A stretch of 57,498 nucleotides of DNA from a bacterium (GTDB lineage Bacteria; UBP18; UBA7526): NCBI GenBank assembly GCA_030615855.1, contig JAUWYL010000005.1, positions 1 through 57,498 of the forward strand, written 5' to 3'. The translations under genes were made by a program, and so were the position numbers. Shown piece after piece: positions 38,481 to 51,139 of the stretch (within the stretch, counting starts at the first letter, position 1; each line of letters opens with the position of its first letter). Below the pieces are notes generated by a model. It did no database searches. It was not told the origin of the DNA and was given only the letters and a program-made list of their open reading frames with translations.

Positions 38481-39548
38481 ATGTTAGAGAAGTTAGCTGA
38501 TCTTGAAAAAAGATTCCGGGACCTGGAAAGACTCCTCTCCGATCCAGAAATCGTTGCTGACCGAGTAAAATATCAGAAGTTGGCCAAGGAGCGCTCCCAG
38601 ATAGAACCCTTGGTGAAGAAATACCAAAGATATGAGAAGGTAATCAGGCAGATGGATGAGGCCCAGGAGCTCTATATCTTGGAGAAGGATTTAGAATTCA
38701 AGGCTCTGGCAAGGGCAGAACTCGACAATTTATCGAAAGAGAAGGAGACCCTGGAGAGGGATCTAAGACTCCTTTTGATTCCTCCCGATCCCAATGATGA
38801 GAAGAATACCATCATAGAGATAAGAGCCGGCACCGGAGGAAATGAGGCCGCTCTCTTTGCTGGAGACCTCTTCCGCATGTACTCTAAGTATGCTCAGAGG
38901 AAGGGGTGGAAGATAAATATCCTAAGCGCCCATCCCGGGGAGGTGGGAGGCTTTAAGGAGATTATCTTCTCTATAGAAGGGGATAAGGTATACAGTAGAT
39001 TCAAGTATGAGAGTGGGGCCCATCGGGTTCAGAGAGTGCCGGTCACTGAGGCCGGAGGAAGGATTCACACCTCGGCGGCAACGGTGGCCGTACTACCCGA
39101 GGCAGAGCCTATAGATGTTCAAATTAAATCAGAGGATCTACAGATCGAGACCTTTCGGGCTACTGGCGCGGGAGGGCAGCACGTCAATGTCACCGACTCT
39201 GCAGTGAGGGTCACCCATCTCCCTACCAAGATAGTCGCCTCTTGCCAGGATGAAAGGTCCCAGCATAAGAATAAGGCCAAGGCCTTGAAGATTCTTTATG
39301 CTCGACTCTTCGATTACTTCACTCAGGAGCAGATCAGGAAGAGGGCCCAGGAGCGAAGGATTCAGATTGGGACTGGGGATAGAAGTGAGCGCATCAGAAC
39401 CTACAACTTCCCTCAGGGACGAGTAACCGACCATCGCATCAACCTTACCCTTCATAAATTGGATACCATCTTAGAAGGAGAGATAGAAGAACTGATCCAG
39501 AGGTTACAATCAGAGGATCAGATAAAGAAGTTGGAGAAGATGAAGTGA
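38481..39548 (+). CDS. prfA: Peptide chain release factor 1
   Basis: RVQRVPVTE (PxT motif), GAGGQHVN. Confidence 0.97.
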   Translation: MLEKLADLEKRFRDLERLLSDPEIVADRVKYQKLAKERSQIEPLVKKYQRYEKVIRQMDEAQELYILEKDLEFKALARAELDNLSKEKETLERDLRLLLIPPDPNDEKNTIIEIRAGTGGNEAALFAGDLFRMYSKYAQRKGWKINILSAHPGEVGGFKEIIFSIEGDKVYSRFKYESGAHRVQRVPVTEAGGRIHTSAATVAVLPEAEPIDVQIKSEDLQIETFRATGAGGQHVNVTDSAVRVTHLPTKIVASCQDERSQHKNKAKALKILYARLFDYFTQEQIRKRAQERRIQIGTGDRSERIRTYNFPQGRVTDHRINLTLHKLDTILEGEIEELIQRLQSEDQIKKLEKMK

Positions 39549-40411
39549 GATTAAGAGACGCTTTCCGTCAAGCCCATCGAGATCTGGGGAATTTTTTGGA
39601 AGCTGAGGTACTCCTCAAGTCTTGCTTAGGCCTTGAGAGACAAGATATTTACTTGAATCCAGATCGCGGTTTAACCCGCTATGAACTGAATCTTTTAGAA
39701 GAAGCAATAGAGAAGAGAAAGGATCGTTTACCCTTAGCTTACATTACTGGAAAGAAGGAGTTCTATTCTTTAGGGTTCAGAGTTACTCCAGATACCTTCA
39801 TCCCTCGTCCAGAGACAGAATTTATTGTGGATGCTGTTTTAGAAAAATTACCAATTACCAATTACCAATTACCAATTACCATAGTAGATTTGGGAACAGG
39901 CTGTGGGAATATCGCTATTACCTTAGCGAGGTATATTCCTCACTCCAGAATATATGCTACGGATATCTCTAAAAAGGCTTTAGAGGTAGCAGAAGAGAAT
40001 GCCAGAAAGCACAGAGTAGAAGATAGGATTACCTTTTTGGAAGGCGACCTCTTCTCTCCTTTGGAAAATTATTACTTGGAAGGAAAGATAGACTTTTTAA
40101 TCTCCAATCCTCCCTATGTTATGAGAAGTGAGATCAACTCCTTAATGCCTGAAGTAGCAAATTATGAACCGCACATCGCCCTGGATGGAGGAGAGGATGG
40201 GCTTTTCTTTTATGGAAGGATAATAGAGAAAGCACCCCTATATTTAAAGCCCAGAGGCTACTTAATTCTGGAGTTAGGAATAGATCAAGCCTCCCAAGCA
40301 AAAGAAACGGTTAAAAAGACCTTAGAGTTTGAATCTATAGAAGTTGTTAAGGATTACAGCCAGATAGAACGGGTAATTGTGGCCCGGAGAGCAGTGATCA
40401 GTAATCAGTAA
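39545..40411 (+). CDS. prmC: Release factor glutamine methyltransferase PrmC/HemK
   Basis: IPRPETE, DLGTGCG, SNPPY. Confidence 0.95.
   Translation: MRLRDAFRQAHRDLGNFLEAEVLLKSCLGLERQDIYLNPDRGLTRYELNLLEEAIEKRKDRLPLAYITGKKEFYSLGFRVTPDTFIPRPETEFIVDAVLEKLPITNYQLPITIVDLGTGCGNIAITLARYIPHSRIYATDISKKALEVAEENARKHRVEDRITFLEGDLFSPLENYYLEGKIDFLISNPPYVMRSEINSLMPEVANYEPHIALDGGEDGLFFYGRIIEKAPLYLKPRGYLILELGIDQASQAKETVKKTLEFESIEVVKDYSQIERVIVARRAVISNQ
39846..39880. repeat. Perfect (AATTACC)5 heptamer array inside prmC
   Basis: Five exact copies, translated as KLPITNYQLPIT. Confidence 0.9.
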
Positions 40412-40532
40412 TATGGGTAATGGGATGTGAGATGTGGGATTTGGGATTTTTTATCGCACATCACATATCACACATCGCCTTTATCTATCTTCCCCTATTT
40501 TTTTACTGTTCACAGATCACAGTTCACAGATT
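40392..40532. repeat. Two-layer nested inverted heptamer arrays
   Basis: Outer cagtgat/cagtaat...ctgttca/cagttca; inner gggatgt/gagatgt...atcgcac/atcacat. Confidence 0.7.
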
Positions 40533-40545
40533 ATAAGGAGCAAGT

Positions 40546-41799
40546 GTGGAAAGAATTATTATCACTGGTGGAGAGAGACTAAAGGGTAGAGTGGGAATAA
40601 GTGGTTCAAAGAATGCCGCCCTTCCCATTATGGCCGCTACCTTATTGACCAATGGAGTAACTACTCTATCGAATATCCCCCGTCTTAAGGATGTTACCAC
40701 CATGGCCCGGGTATTAAGAACCCTGGGGGCCAAGGTAGAATTTAGGGAAAGGGAACTGAAGATCGATACTACCAATGTCGATCGCTTCCTCGCTCCCTAT
40801 AATCTGGTGAAGACCATGAGGGCTTCCTTCCTGGTCTTCGGACCTCTTTTGGCAAAGTTGGGTAGGGCGAGGGTCTCTCTGCCTGGAGGATGTGCCATCG
40901 GCTCCCGCCCCGTAGACCTACATCTGAGGGGATTTAAAGAGTTAGGAGCAGAGGTGAGCATGGGGGGTGGCTATACCCAGGTGAAGAGGGATGGACTGAT
41001 CGGTGCTGAAATCTATTTAGACTTCCCTTCTGTGGGGGCCACAGAAAATCTTATGATGGCTGCTACCCTGGCTAAGGGGAAGACCACTATAGAGAATGCG
41101 GCTAAAGAGCCAGAGATTGTGGATCTGGCAAACTTCCTGAACAAAATGGGAGCAAGGATTAAGGGAGCGGGAACGGACACCATCAGGACTATCGGGGTAA
41201 AGGAACTGAAGGGAACAGATTACTCCATCATCTCGGATAGGATCGAGGCCGGAACCTATATCATCGCCTCCGCCATTACCAAAGGAGATATTATCTTAGA
41301 GGGCGCCAAGATTGATCACTTGGAATCTCTGGTTACTAAACTCCATGAGGCGGGAGTAGAGATTAAGGATGAGGAGGGGGCGATTAAAGTAAAAGCAAGA
41401 AGAAGAATCAAAGCCGTAGATGTCAAGACCATGCCCTATCCTGGTTTCCCCACAGACATGCAGGCCCAGTTCATGGCCCTCATGAGCATTACCCCGGGAA
41501 TGAGCATGATTACTGAGACGGTATTTGAGAATAGGTTCATGCACGTTTCAGAACTTTTAAGAATGGGAGCAGATATTAAGATTGAGGGATCGAGAGCCGT
41601 AATAAAAGGGATAAGGTCCTTGAGTGGGGCACCGGTCATGGCTACTGACCTGAGGGCCTCTGCGGCCCTTATCTTAGCCGGCCTGGTTGCTGAGGGAAAG
41701 ACAGAGATCTCTCGTATCTATCACCTAGATCGGGGATATGAGAGGATTGTAGAGAAACTTTCCAATTTAGGAGCAAAGATAGAGAGGGTAACGGTATGA
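40546..41799 (+). CDS. murA: UDP-N-acetylglucosamine 1-carboxyvinyltransferase
   Basis: [32 protein letters not shown]. Confidence 0.97.
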   Translation: MERIIITGGERLKGRVGISGSKNAALPIMAATLLTNGVTTLSNIPRLKDVTTMARVLRTLGAKVEFRERELKIDTTNVDRFLAPYNLVKTMRASFLVFGPLLAKLGRARVSLPGGCAIGSRPVDLHLRGFKELGAEVSMGGGYTQVKRDGLIGAEIYLDFPSVGATENLMMAATLAKGKTTIENAAKEPEIVDLANFLNKMGARIKGAGTDTIRTIGVKELKGTDYSIISDRIEAGTYIIASAITKGDIILEGAKIDHLESLVTKLHEAGVEIKDEEGAIKVKARRRIKAVDVKTMPYPGFPTDMQAQFMALMSITPGMSMITETVFENRFMHVSELLRMGADIKIEGSRAVIKGIRSLSGAPVMATDLRASAALILAGLVAEGKTEISRIYHLDRGYERIVEKLSNLGAKIERVTV

Positions 41800-43181
41800 A
41801 AGTCTTAAAGAGCGGCACTAAAGAGGCTAAAAGAAGGATTGAAAGGATACTGAACCGCAAGACCCTTCTGGAAGATAAAAGATTAGAGAAAAAGGTCAGA
41901 GAAATCATTGAAGATGTACGAAAGAAAGGCAATAAGGCCCTCTTAAGATATACTAAGAAGTTCGATGGAGTCTCTCTTTCTTCTAAAAGATTAAGGGTCA
42001 GTAGAAAAGAGATTGAAGAAGCAAAAAGATTAGTAAATAGAGATTTTATAGAGGCATTAAAGAAGGCCTATCAGAATATCAGAAGATATCACGAAAAACA
42101 ACTTCCCAAATCCTTTAAGATTTCTTCTCGAGAAGGAGTGATTTTAGAGGAAAGATACCAGCCAATAAAGAGGGTGGGCCTCTATATTCCGGGAGGAAGG
42201 GCCCCCTATCCCTCAACTGTCCTAATGGCTGGCGTTCCTGCTGAGATAGCAGGAGTAAAAAAGATTATTATGGTTTCTCCCCCTCAAAGGGATGGGAGAT
42301 TAAGTCCCTACATTTTAATGGCAGCGGATTTAGTAGGAATAGGCGAAATCTATAGAGCGGGAGGAGCCCAGGCCATTGCTGCTTTGGCCTATGGTACAGA
42401 GACCATTCCCAAGGTAGACAAGATCGTCGGTCCAGGAAATATCTACGTTACCTTGGCAAAGAAGTTGGTTTATGGTGAGGTAGACATCGATATGCTCGCT
42501 GGGCCAAGTGAGATATTAATCTTGGCAGATGAGAGTGCTAATCCTTCATTTATCGCATCTGATCTAATTGCACAGGCAGAACATGATAAACTATCCTGGC
42601 CCCTCCTTATCTCTACTTCTTTAAGATTAGCCCGAAAAGTAGAGCAGGAGATTAGAAAGCAGGTTAAATCTCTGAAGCGGGGCGAGATAATCAATGCTTC
42701 CTTAAAGAATAATGGAGCCTTAATTATTACTAAAAACTTGAAGGAAGCAATCAATCTTGTCAATGAGATTGCACCAGAACACCTGGAGATTATGACCAGA
42801 AATCCAGGACAAGTAGCGAAGAAGATTAGAAATGCTGGTGCTATATTCCTGGGTCCTTATTCTAGTGAGTCAGTGGGAGACTATATCGCTGGACCAAGTC
42901 ACATCCTGCCTACCAGTGGGACAGCGAGATTCTATTCTCCTTTAGGAGTGAGGGATTTCATGAAGTCTTCCCACATTATCTCTTATTCTAAAGAAGCCCT
43001 AAAAAGAGAGGCGAAAGAGATTATAGAACTTGCCCGAAGAGAAGGCCTGGATGCCCACGCTCAAGCAGTAAAGATTAGACTGCAACCGCAGAGAACACCA
43101 AATTATCGTAAAAAGCGCAAAAAATCTTCGCGGACTTCGCGGACTTTTAGCGGCCTTAGCGGTTGCAAGGGAGGAGATTAA
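41796..43181 (+). CDS. hisD: Histidinol dehydrogenase with repeat-derived C-terminal extension
   Basis: [42 protein letters not shown]. Confidence 0.95.
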   Translation: MKVLKSGTKEAKRRIERILNRKTLLEDKRLEKKVREIIEDVRKKGNKALLRYTKKFDGVSLSSKRLRVSRKEIEEAKRLVNRDFIEALKKAYQNIRRYHEKQLPKSFKISSREGVILEERYQPIKRVGLYIPGGRAPYPSTVLMAGVPAEIAGVKKIIMVSPPQRDGRLSPYILMAADLVGIGEIYRAGGAQAIAALAYGTETIPKVDKIVGPGNIYVTLAKKLVYGEVDIDMLAGPSEILILADESANPSFIASDLIAQAEHDKLSWPLLISTSLRLARKVEQEIRKQVKSLKRGEIINASLKNNGALIITKNLKEAINLVNEIAPEHLEIMTRNPGQVAKKIRNAGAIFLGPYSSESVGDYIAGPSHILPTSGTARFYSPLGVRDFMKSSHIISYSKEALKREAKEIIELARREGLDAHAQAVKIRLQPQRTPNYRKKRKKSSRTSRTFSGLSGCKGGD

Positions 43182-43182
43182 A

Positions 43183-43806
43183 ATGGCAAAGAGAATGGCA
43201 GAGGTGAAGAGAAAGACGAAAGAGACAGATGTTAGATTGAAACTCAATCTCGATGGAGAAGGAAAGTGTAAGGTGAAGACCGGTATCGGGTTACTGGACC
43301 ATATGTTGGAACTCTTTGCCTTTCACGGCTTATTCGATTTGGAGATTGAGGCAAAAGGGGACCTGCAGGTTGACATCCACCATACTAATGAGGATATCGG
43401 CATTGTTTTAGGTCAGGCGTTTAAGGACGCTCTGGGCGATAAAAAGGGAATAAAGAGATTCGGTTCTGCTTCGGTCCCCATGGAAGACGTATTAGCCCAG
43501 GTGACTTTAGACATAAGCGGTAGAAGCCATTTTCAAAGTGAACTCGAATCTGCTGCACCAATCGCAAACGAAGAAGATATAAAATATTCTAAACAAGATT
43601 TTGACCATTTCTGGGAAGCGTTTGCCAAACACGCCGGGATTAATCTGATTATTGAGAAACCAAAGCTTTTTCCATCGGCGCATGGGCCTGACATCCATAC
43701 ACTATTAGAACCTGTCTTTAAAGGCCTTGGTCTTGCCCTGCGTCAGGCTGTGGAGATTGACCCCCGCAGAAAAGATGTACCTTCTACAAAGGGCATTATT
43801 GATTAG
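43183..43806 (+). CDS. hisB: Imidazoleglycerol-phosphate dehydratase (second His motif altered)
   Basis: RKTKETD, DHML, DIHHTNED, PSTKG. Confidence 0.88.
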   Translation: MAKRMAEVKRKTKETDVRLKLNLDGEGKCKVKTGIGLLDHMLELFAFHGLFDLEIEAKGDLQVDIHHTNEDIGIVLGQAFKDALGDKKGIKRFGSASVPMEDVLAQVTLDISGRSHFQSELESAAPIANEEDIKYSKQDFDHFWEAFAKHAGINLIIEKPKLFPSAHGPDIHTLLEPVFKGLGLALRQAVEIDPRRKDVPSTKGIID

Positions 43807-43867
43807 TAATCAAACTGTTAACTGGTTACTGTTAACTGGTTACTGACCGAACGATAGTGAGGTCACC

Positions 43868-44593
43868 ATGCTTATCATACCAGCCATCGATCTTATCGAA
43901 GGAAGATGTGTAAGATTACGAGAGGGCAGGTTATCCTCTGAAGAAGTCTATTCTAAAGAGCCGGTTGCCGTAGCCGAATTGTGGGAACTGAAAGGAGCAG
44001 AAAGATTACACATCGTTGACTTAGACGGTGCCTTTGAAGGAGAACCCCAGAACCTAAAAATAGTCAAAAGAATTGCTAAAGGTGTTAAAATCCCCATCCA
44101 GTTCGGGGGCGGAGTAAGAAGTCTAAAGACCATCAGAGAGGTTCTGGATTGTGGTGTGGAATATGTGATCTTAGGAACTACTGCCATCTCCCAACCAGAA
44201 TTCGTTAAAAGAGCAATAAAGAAATTCGGGAAGAGGATAATGGTGAGCATCGATGCCTCTAATCTAAAGGTTAGAGTCCGAGGATGGGAGAAGAAAACCA
44301 GAAAGACCGCCCCCATCTTAGCCAAAGAGATAGCAAAATTAGGAGTAAAGAGTATTATCTTCACTGATATAAAGAGGGACGGAGCTTTAAGAGGGCCGAA
44401 CATCTTCCAGATTAAGAAGATGCTAAAAGCAGTAGATATTTCCTTAATAATCTCCGGGGGGATCTCTTCTTTAGAAGACATAAAGAAATTAAAACCCCTA
44501 GAGAAGAAAGGCCTATCTGGGGTCATTGTGGGCAAGGCCCTCTATACTGGCAGAGTAGATTTAGAAAAAGCCATTGAAATAGGTAATCGGTGA
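43868..44593 (+). CDS. hisA: ProFAR isomerase
   Basis: IIPAIDL..G.CVRL, HIVDLDGA, GGGVRS, TDIKRDG. Confidence 0.95.
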   Translation: MLIIPAIDLIEGRCVRLREGRLSSEEVYSKEPVAVAELWELKGAERLHIVDLDGAFEGEPQNLKIVKRIAKGVKIPIQFGGGVRSLKTIREVLDCGVEYVILGTTAISQPEFVKRAIKKFGKRIMVSIDASNLKVRVRGWEKKTRKTAPILAKEIAKLGVKSIIFTDIKRDGALRGPNIFQIKKMLKAVDISLIISGGISSLEDIKKLKPLEKKGLSGVIVGKALYTGRVDLEKAIEIGNR

Positions 44594-44712
44594 ACAGTGA
44601 TCGGTTATCTGGACTCAATTTCTAATTCCTAATTCCCCCCGAAGGAAAGCCTTCGGCTTCCTACGGGGCAGGCAATTTCCAATAACTTATTAACTACCAT
44701 TGGGGGGCAATA

Positions 44713-45129
44713 ATGAAAAGACTACTTGAGAGATTGAAGTTCGATGAGAAGGGTCTCATCCCGGTCATCATTCAGGATGTTGATACCAATGAGGTCTTGA
44801 TGCTCGCCTATATGAATGAGGAGGCCTTCATCATGACTATGGAGACCGGGAAGACCCACTTTTGGAGCCGATCAAGAGAGAAATTATGGCTAAAGGGCGA
44901 GGAATCAGGAAACTATCAGCAAGTAGAGGATGTCTACTTTGACTGCGATGCAGATACCCTTTTGATTAAGGTGCGCCAGGTAAGAGGCGCCTGCCACAAG
45001 GGCTACTGGTCCTGCTTCTATCGCCAGATGAAGAAGGAAGGAGAGGTAAAGATAGTGGGAAAGAAGGTCTTTGAGCCTAGCAAGGTCTATGGCCCGAAGG
45101 AGACCATGAGAAGACCTACGAAGCCTTAA
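44713..45129 (+). CDS. hisI: Phosphoribosyl-AMP cyclohydrolase
   Basis: [29 protein letters not shown]. Confidence 0.95.
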   Translation: MKRLLERLKFDEKGLIPVIIQDVDTNEVLMLAYMNEEAFIMTMETGKTHFWSRSREKLWLKGEESGNYQQVEDVYFDCDADTLLIKVRQVRGACHKGYWSCFYRQMKKEGEVKIVGKKVFEPSKVYGPKETMRRPTKP

Positions 45130-45139
45130 AGCGAAGCAA

Positions 45140-45259
45140 GAAGTAATAAAGTAGGAGAGCAGAAGAGAAGAAAAGTAGGAACTGAAAGAGACAAAGCCAA
45201 AAGAGAAATACTTTCTTACTTTCCTACTTTGATACTTTCTTACTCCGAACGAAGTGAGG
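45140..45259. repeat. Inverted 8-mer arrays plus GA/GA hairpin (same family as 13376-13488)
   Basis: aaagtagg...ctttcttactttcctacttt...ccgaacgaagtgagg. Confidence 0.75.
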
Positions 45260-45264
45260 TAAAG

Positions 45265-46272
45265 ATGATCAAAGAAGCGATTGGTAAACTCATTGAGAAG
45301 AAGGATCTGACCCGGAAAGAGATGGTCGGGGTGATGAACGAGATCATGACCGGAAATGCCACTCCCTCCCAGATAGGAGGGTTTCTAACCGCCCTGAGGC
45401 TAAAAGGGGAGACAGTGGAGGAGATTACCGGAGCGGCCCTGGTCATGAGAGAAAAGGTGACCAAGATAAGGGTGAAGAAGGAACCCATAGTTGATACCTG
45501 TGGAACAGGAGGAGACCTCCCCAATACCTTCAATATCTCAACCATCGCCGCCTTTGTTGTTGCGGGATGTGGTCTGGCGGTGGCAAAGCATGGGAATCGA
45601 GCAGTATCCAGTCAATGTGGAAGTGCCGATCTTCTAGAAGGATTGGGGGTCAACCTCGATGTCGAAGTAGAAACTGTTGAGAGATGTATTGAAGAGATTG
45701 GAATTGGTTTCTTGTTTGCTCCCCTTTTGCATGGGGCAATGAAGTATGCTATTGGGCCTAGGAGGGAGATGGGAATCCGGACGATATTCAATATCCTGGG
45801 ACCCTTGACCAATCCAGCAGGTGCCCAGGTTCAGGTCTTAGGAGTCTATAGTGACAAACTCACCCAGACCATTGCTGGAGTATTGAAAAACTTAGATTCT
45901 AAGCATGCCTTTGTAGTTCATGGTGAGGATGGATTGGATGAGATTACCACCACCTCTCCTACTAAAGTCTCTGAATTAAAAGAGGGGAAGGTCACCACCT
46001 ACTCCATTAAGCCAGAGGACTTTGGTATAAAAAAAGCAAAGTTGGATAATATCTCGGGAGGGAATGTTCCCCATAATGTGAAGATTGCCCATGATGTTCT
46101 GGAGGGAAAGAAAGGGCCTCAGGGGGACATCGTTCTTCTAAATGCCTCTGCGGCCATCGTTGCTGGTAACAAGGCAAAAGATTTAAAAGAGGGGATTAAA
46201 TTGGCAGAGGAAGCCATTGACTCTGGACGGGCAAAGGAGAAGCTAGAACTACTTAAGAAATATTCTAAATAG
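45265..46272 (+). CDS. trpD: Anthranilate phosphoribosyltransferase
   Basis: [26 protein letters not shown]. Confidence 0.95.
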   Translation: MIKEAIGKLIEKKDLTRKEMVGVMNEIMTGNATPSQIGGFLTALRLKGETVEEITGAALVMREKVTKIRVKKEPIVDTCGTGGDLPNTFNISTIAAFVVAGCGLAVAKHGNRAVSSQCGSADLLEGLGVNLDVEVETVERCIEEIGIGFLFAPLLHGAMKYAIGPRREMGIRTIFNILGPLTNPAGAQVQVLGVYSDKLTQTIAGVLKNLDSKHAFVVHGEDGLDEITTTSPTKVSELKEGKVTTYSIKPEDFGIKKAKLDNISGGNVPHNVKIAHDVLEGKKGPQGDIVLLNASAAIVAGNKAKDLKEGIKLAEEAIDSGRAKEKLELLKKYSK

Positions 46273-46290
46273 TGATCGGTGGAATAGAGG

Positions 46291-46376
46291 TTTACAGTAA
46301 CCAGCGAACAGTAACCAGTCTTTTCTATTCACTTCACTGTAAACTGGTTACTGGTTACTATCCGAGCAAAGCGAGG
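46291..46376. repeat. Inverted CAGTAAC/CTGGTTA arrays plus GA/GA hairpin
   Basis: tttacag-taaccag-cgaacag-taaccag ... ctgtaaa-ctggtta-ctggtta, then ccgagcaaagcgagg. Confidence 0.8.
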
Positions 46377-46381
46377 GTGAA

Positions 46382-47167
46382 ATGGTTGGAGAACTGGAAA
46401 GCATCATCGCCTACAAAAGAAAAGAGATAGAGAGAGACAAAATAAAGATGCCTTTGGAAACCCTGAAGTCTAAGATCACTGATTTACCTCCTACAAGGGA
46501 CTTTAAAGAGACCATATCAAAGGAGGGCCTGAACCTCATTGCTGAGATAAAGAGGGCCTCCCCCTCTAAAGGAGTAATTAGAAGAGAGTTCAATCCAGTA
46601 GAGATTGCCAAGATCTACCAGGAGTCTGGAGCAAGCGCCATCTCTGTCTTGACCACAGAAAAGTTCTTCTATGGAAGCCTGGACTTTCTTTCTCAAGTAA
46701 AGGAAGTGACCACCATTCCCATCTTACAGAAGGACTTCATTGTCGATGAGTATCAGATATATCAGGCGAGAGCAAATAAGGCAGATGCCATACTTTTGAT
46801 TGCTTCTATTCTGGTTGAAGCCCAGATAAATAGCTTCTTAGAATGTGCCCATGGCCTGGGATTGGATTGTCTGGTAGAGGTCCATACCAAAGAGGAACTA
46901 GGCAAGGTCTTGGCTACCAAGGCCCAGATCATTGGGATCAATAATCGAGACCTGATGACCCTGACTACTGATTTATCTACTACTCTGACCCTAAGCAAAT
47001 TAGTTCCTAAGGATAGAATATTGGTGAGTGAGAGCGGCATCGAGACCCAGGAGGATGTGAAGAGACTTCAAGAGTGTGGAGCGAAGGCTATCTTGGTCGG
47101 AGAGTCCCTGATGCGCGCCCCAGACATCAGCGCCAAAATGAAGGAACTTTTAGGAAAGACCAAGTGA
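46382..47167 (+). CDS. trpC: Indole-3-glycerol phosphate synthase
   Basis: IAEIKRASPSKG, AISVLT, KDF, GINNRDL, SESGI. Confidence 0.95.
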   Translation: MVGELESIIAYKRKEIERDKIKMPLETLKSKITDLPPTRDFKETISKEGLNLIAEIKRASPSKGVIRREFNPVEIAKIYQESGASAISVLTTEKFFYGSLDFLSQVKEVTTIPILQKDFIVDEYQIYQARANKADAILLIASILVEAQINSFLECAHGLGLDCLVEVHTKEELGKVLATKAQIIGINNRDLMTLTTDLSTTLTLSKLVPKDRILVSESGIETQEDVKRLQECGAKAILVGESLMRAPDISAKMKELLGKTK

Positions 47168-47784
47168 CCTGGATTAAGATATGTGGGATTACCAATATTG
47201 AAGACGCTTTAAAGGTAGTCGAACTGGGAGCAGATGCTTTGGGGTTTGTCTTCTATGAGAAGAGCCCCCGTAAGACTACTAAAGAGAAGGCAAAAGAGAT
47301 TATTAGTTCCCTACCAAAAGAGGTAGTCAAGGTCGGTCTCTTTGTTGATGAGTTAGAGGAGAGGGTAAACGAGATTACTTCTTATTGCAACTTTGATATC
47401 TTACAGTTCCATGGAGATGAGACTCCAGATTACTGCAAGAAGTTTCCTCAGAAAATAATCAAGGCCTTTAGGATTAAGGATAAAGAAAGTTTAGTAAACA
47501 TTCCAAAGTATGAGGTAGATTATTATCTCTTAGACGCCTATAGCCAAGTCGCACCGGGAGGAACGGGAAGGACATTTAACTGGGAATTAGCAATAGAGGC
47601 TAAGAAGTTCGAAAGGCCAATCATCCTCTCTGGAGGATTGAACCCAGAGAATATCATAGAGGCCATAGAAAAAGTCTCACCCTTTGGAGTAGATGTCTCA
47701 AGTGGAGTAGAGTCATCCCCGGGCAAAAAGGACCATAAGAAGCTAAAAGAGTTCATTACTAAGGTGAAAGGTTTTGAAATATGA
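47164..47784 (+). CDS. trpF: Phosphoribosylanthranilate isomerase
   Basis: IKICGIT, QFHGDE, GGTG, SGGLNPEN, DVSSGVE; GTGA overlap with trpC. Confidence 0.95.
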   Translation: MTWIKICGITNIEDALKVVELGADALGFVFYEKSPRKTTKEKAKEIISSLPKEVVKVGLFVDELEERVNEITSYCNFDILQFHGDETPDYCKKFPQKIIKAFRIKDKESLVNIPKYEVDYYLLDAYSQVAPGGTGRTFNWELAIEAKKFERPIILSGGLNPENIIEAIEKVSPFGVDVSSGVESSPGKKDHKKLKEFITKVKGFEI

Positions 47785-47904
47785 ATCCCATTAGACCTTC
47801 CTAGGTCTGGAGGGATTAGGTCAAAGGCTTTTAAAATGAACCAAACGAAGTATCTCTTTTATTCATTTTTCCAGTGATAAAATAAAGAGGTCTAACGGGA
47901 TGAA
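47781..47904. mobile_element. Miniature inverted-repeat element inserted in the trpF/leuD ATGA overlap
   Basis: IR tcccattagacct (47786-47798) / aggtctaacggga (47888-47900), one mismatch; ATGAA duplicated. Confidence 0.7.
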
Positions 47905-48397
47905 ACTGAAAGGAAGAGCCCATAAATTTGGCAACGACGTAAATACAGACTATATCATTTCTGGAAGATATAAGTTCAAGACCTTAGATATGAGAGAGTT
48001 AGCCAAGCATGTTATGGAGGATTTAGACCCCAACTTCTACAAGAAGATTAAGAAAGGAGACTTCATCGTTGCCGGGAGGAACTTCGGCTGCGGCTCCTCA
48101 AGGGAGCAGGCTCCTCTAGCCATAAAGTATGCTAAAATCTCAGGTATAATTGCCAAATCATTTGCCCGCATATTCTATCGGAATGCCATAAACATCGGTC
48201 TTCCAGTGATGGAGTGCAATACGGACAGGATCAAAGAGGGCGATGAGTTAGAGGTTGATTTAGAGGAAGGAATAATCTATAATAAGAGTAGGAAAAAGAA
48301 GATAAAGTTCAAGCCCCTGTCAAGATTCATGATTGAGATATTAAAGGATGGGGGATTGGCCGCCCACTTCAAAAAATACGGCACATTTAAATTGTAA
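47900..48397 (+). CDS. leuD: 3-isopropylmalate/homoaconitate dehydratase small subunit
   Basis: DVNTDYII, NFGCGSSREQAP, SFARIFYRNAINIG. Confidence 0.85.
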   Translation: MKLKGRAHKFGNDVNTDYIISGRYKFKTLDMRELAKHVMEDLDPNFYKKIKKGDFIVAGRNFGCGSSREQAPLAIKYAKISGIIAKSFARIFYRNAINIGLPVMECNTDRIKEGDELEVDLEEGIIYNKSRKKKIKFKPLSRFMIEILKDGGLAAHFKKYGTFKL

Positions 48398-48409
48398 AGG
48401 AGAAAAAAA

Positions 48410-50772
<2,363 letters not shown>

Positions 50773-50819
50773 CCTTGACGTCTCAAGAGAAATAACATAT
50801 TAGTTGTGTTTTAGATGGA

Positions 50820-50836
50820 ACCATTCGCGCGAAAGG
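50820..50836. promoter_or_regulatory. Palindromic site ACCATTCGCGCGAAAGG (candidate ArsR operator), copy 1
   Basis: Identical 17-mer at 51146-51162; core TTCGCGCGAA is a perfect palindrome. Confidence 0.5.
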
Positions 50837-50852
50837 GCCTATAGGAGGCGAT

Positions 50853-51131
50853 ATGAAAGATGCAGAGAGTTTATTAAAATCCGTAGCCAATAGAAAAAGG
50901 TTAACTATCCTTTGGCTATTGCGCCGGGAAGGTGAAAAATCAGTCAGTGAGATTGCCCAGAGAATAAAGCTTTCTTTCAAGAGCACTTCAAAGCACCTAT
51001 TAAGGCTGGAAAGAGCAGGATTCGTCATTCGAAGGCAAAAAAGCTTCTGGGGCTATTACTCTATTAGCGAACATATGCCGGAAAGGAACAGAGTTGTTTT
51101 GAGATTTTTGGAAAGGAATTTCTTTAAATAG
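50853..51131 (+). CDS. ArsR/SmtB-family transcriptional regulator
   Basis: LKSVANRKRLTIL...SVSEIA...TSKHL..L..AGFV; AGGAGG SD. Confidence 0.85.
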   Translation: MKDAESLLKSVANRKRLTILWLLRREGEKSVSEIAQRIKLSFKSTSKHLLRLERAGFVIRRQKSFWGYYSISEHMPERNRVVLRFLERNFFK

Positions 51132-51139
51132 TGTAAAAT

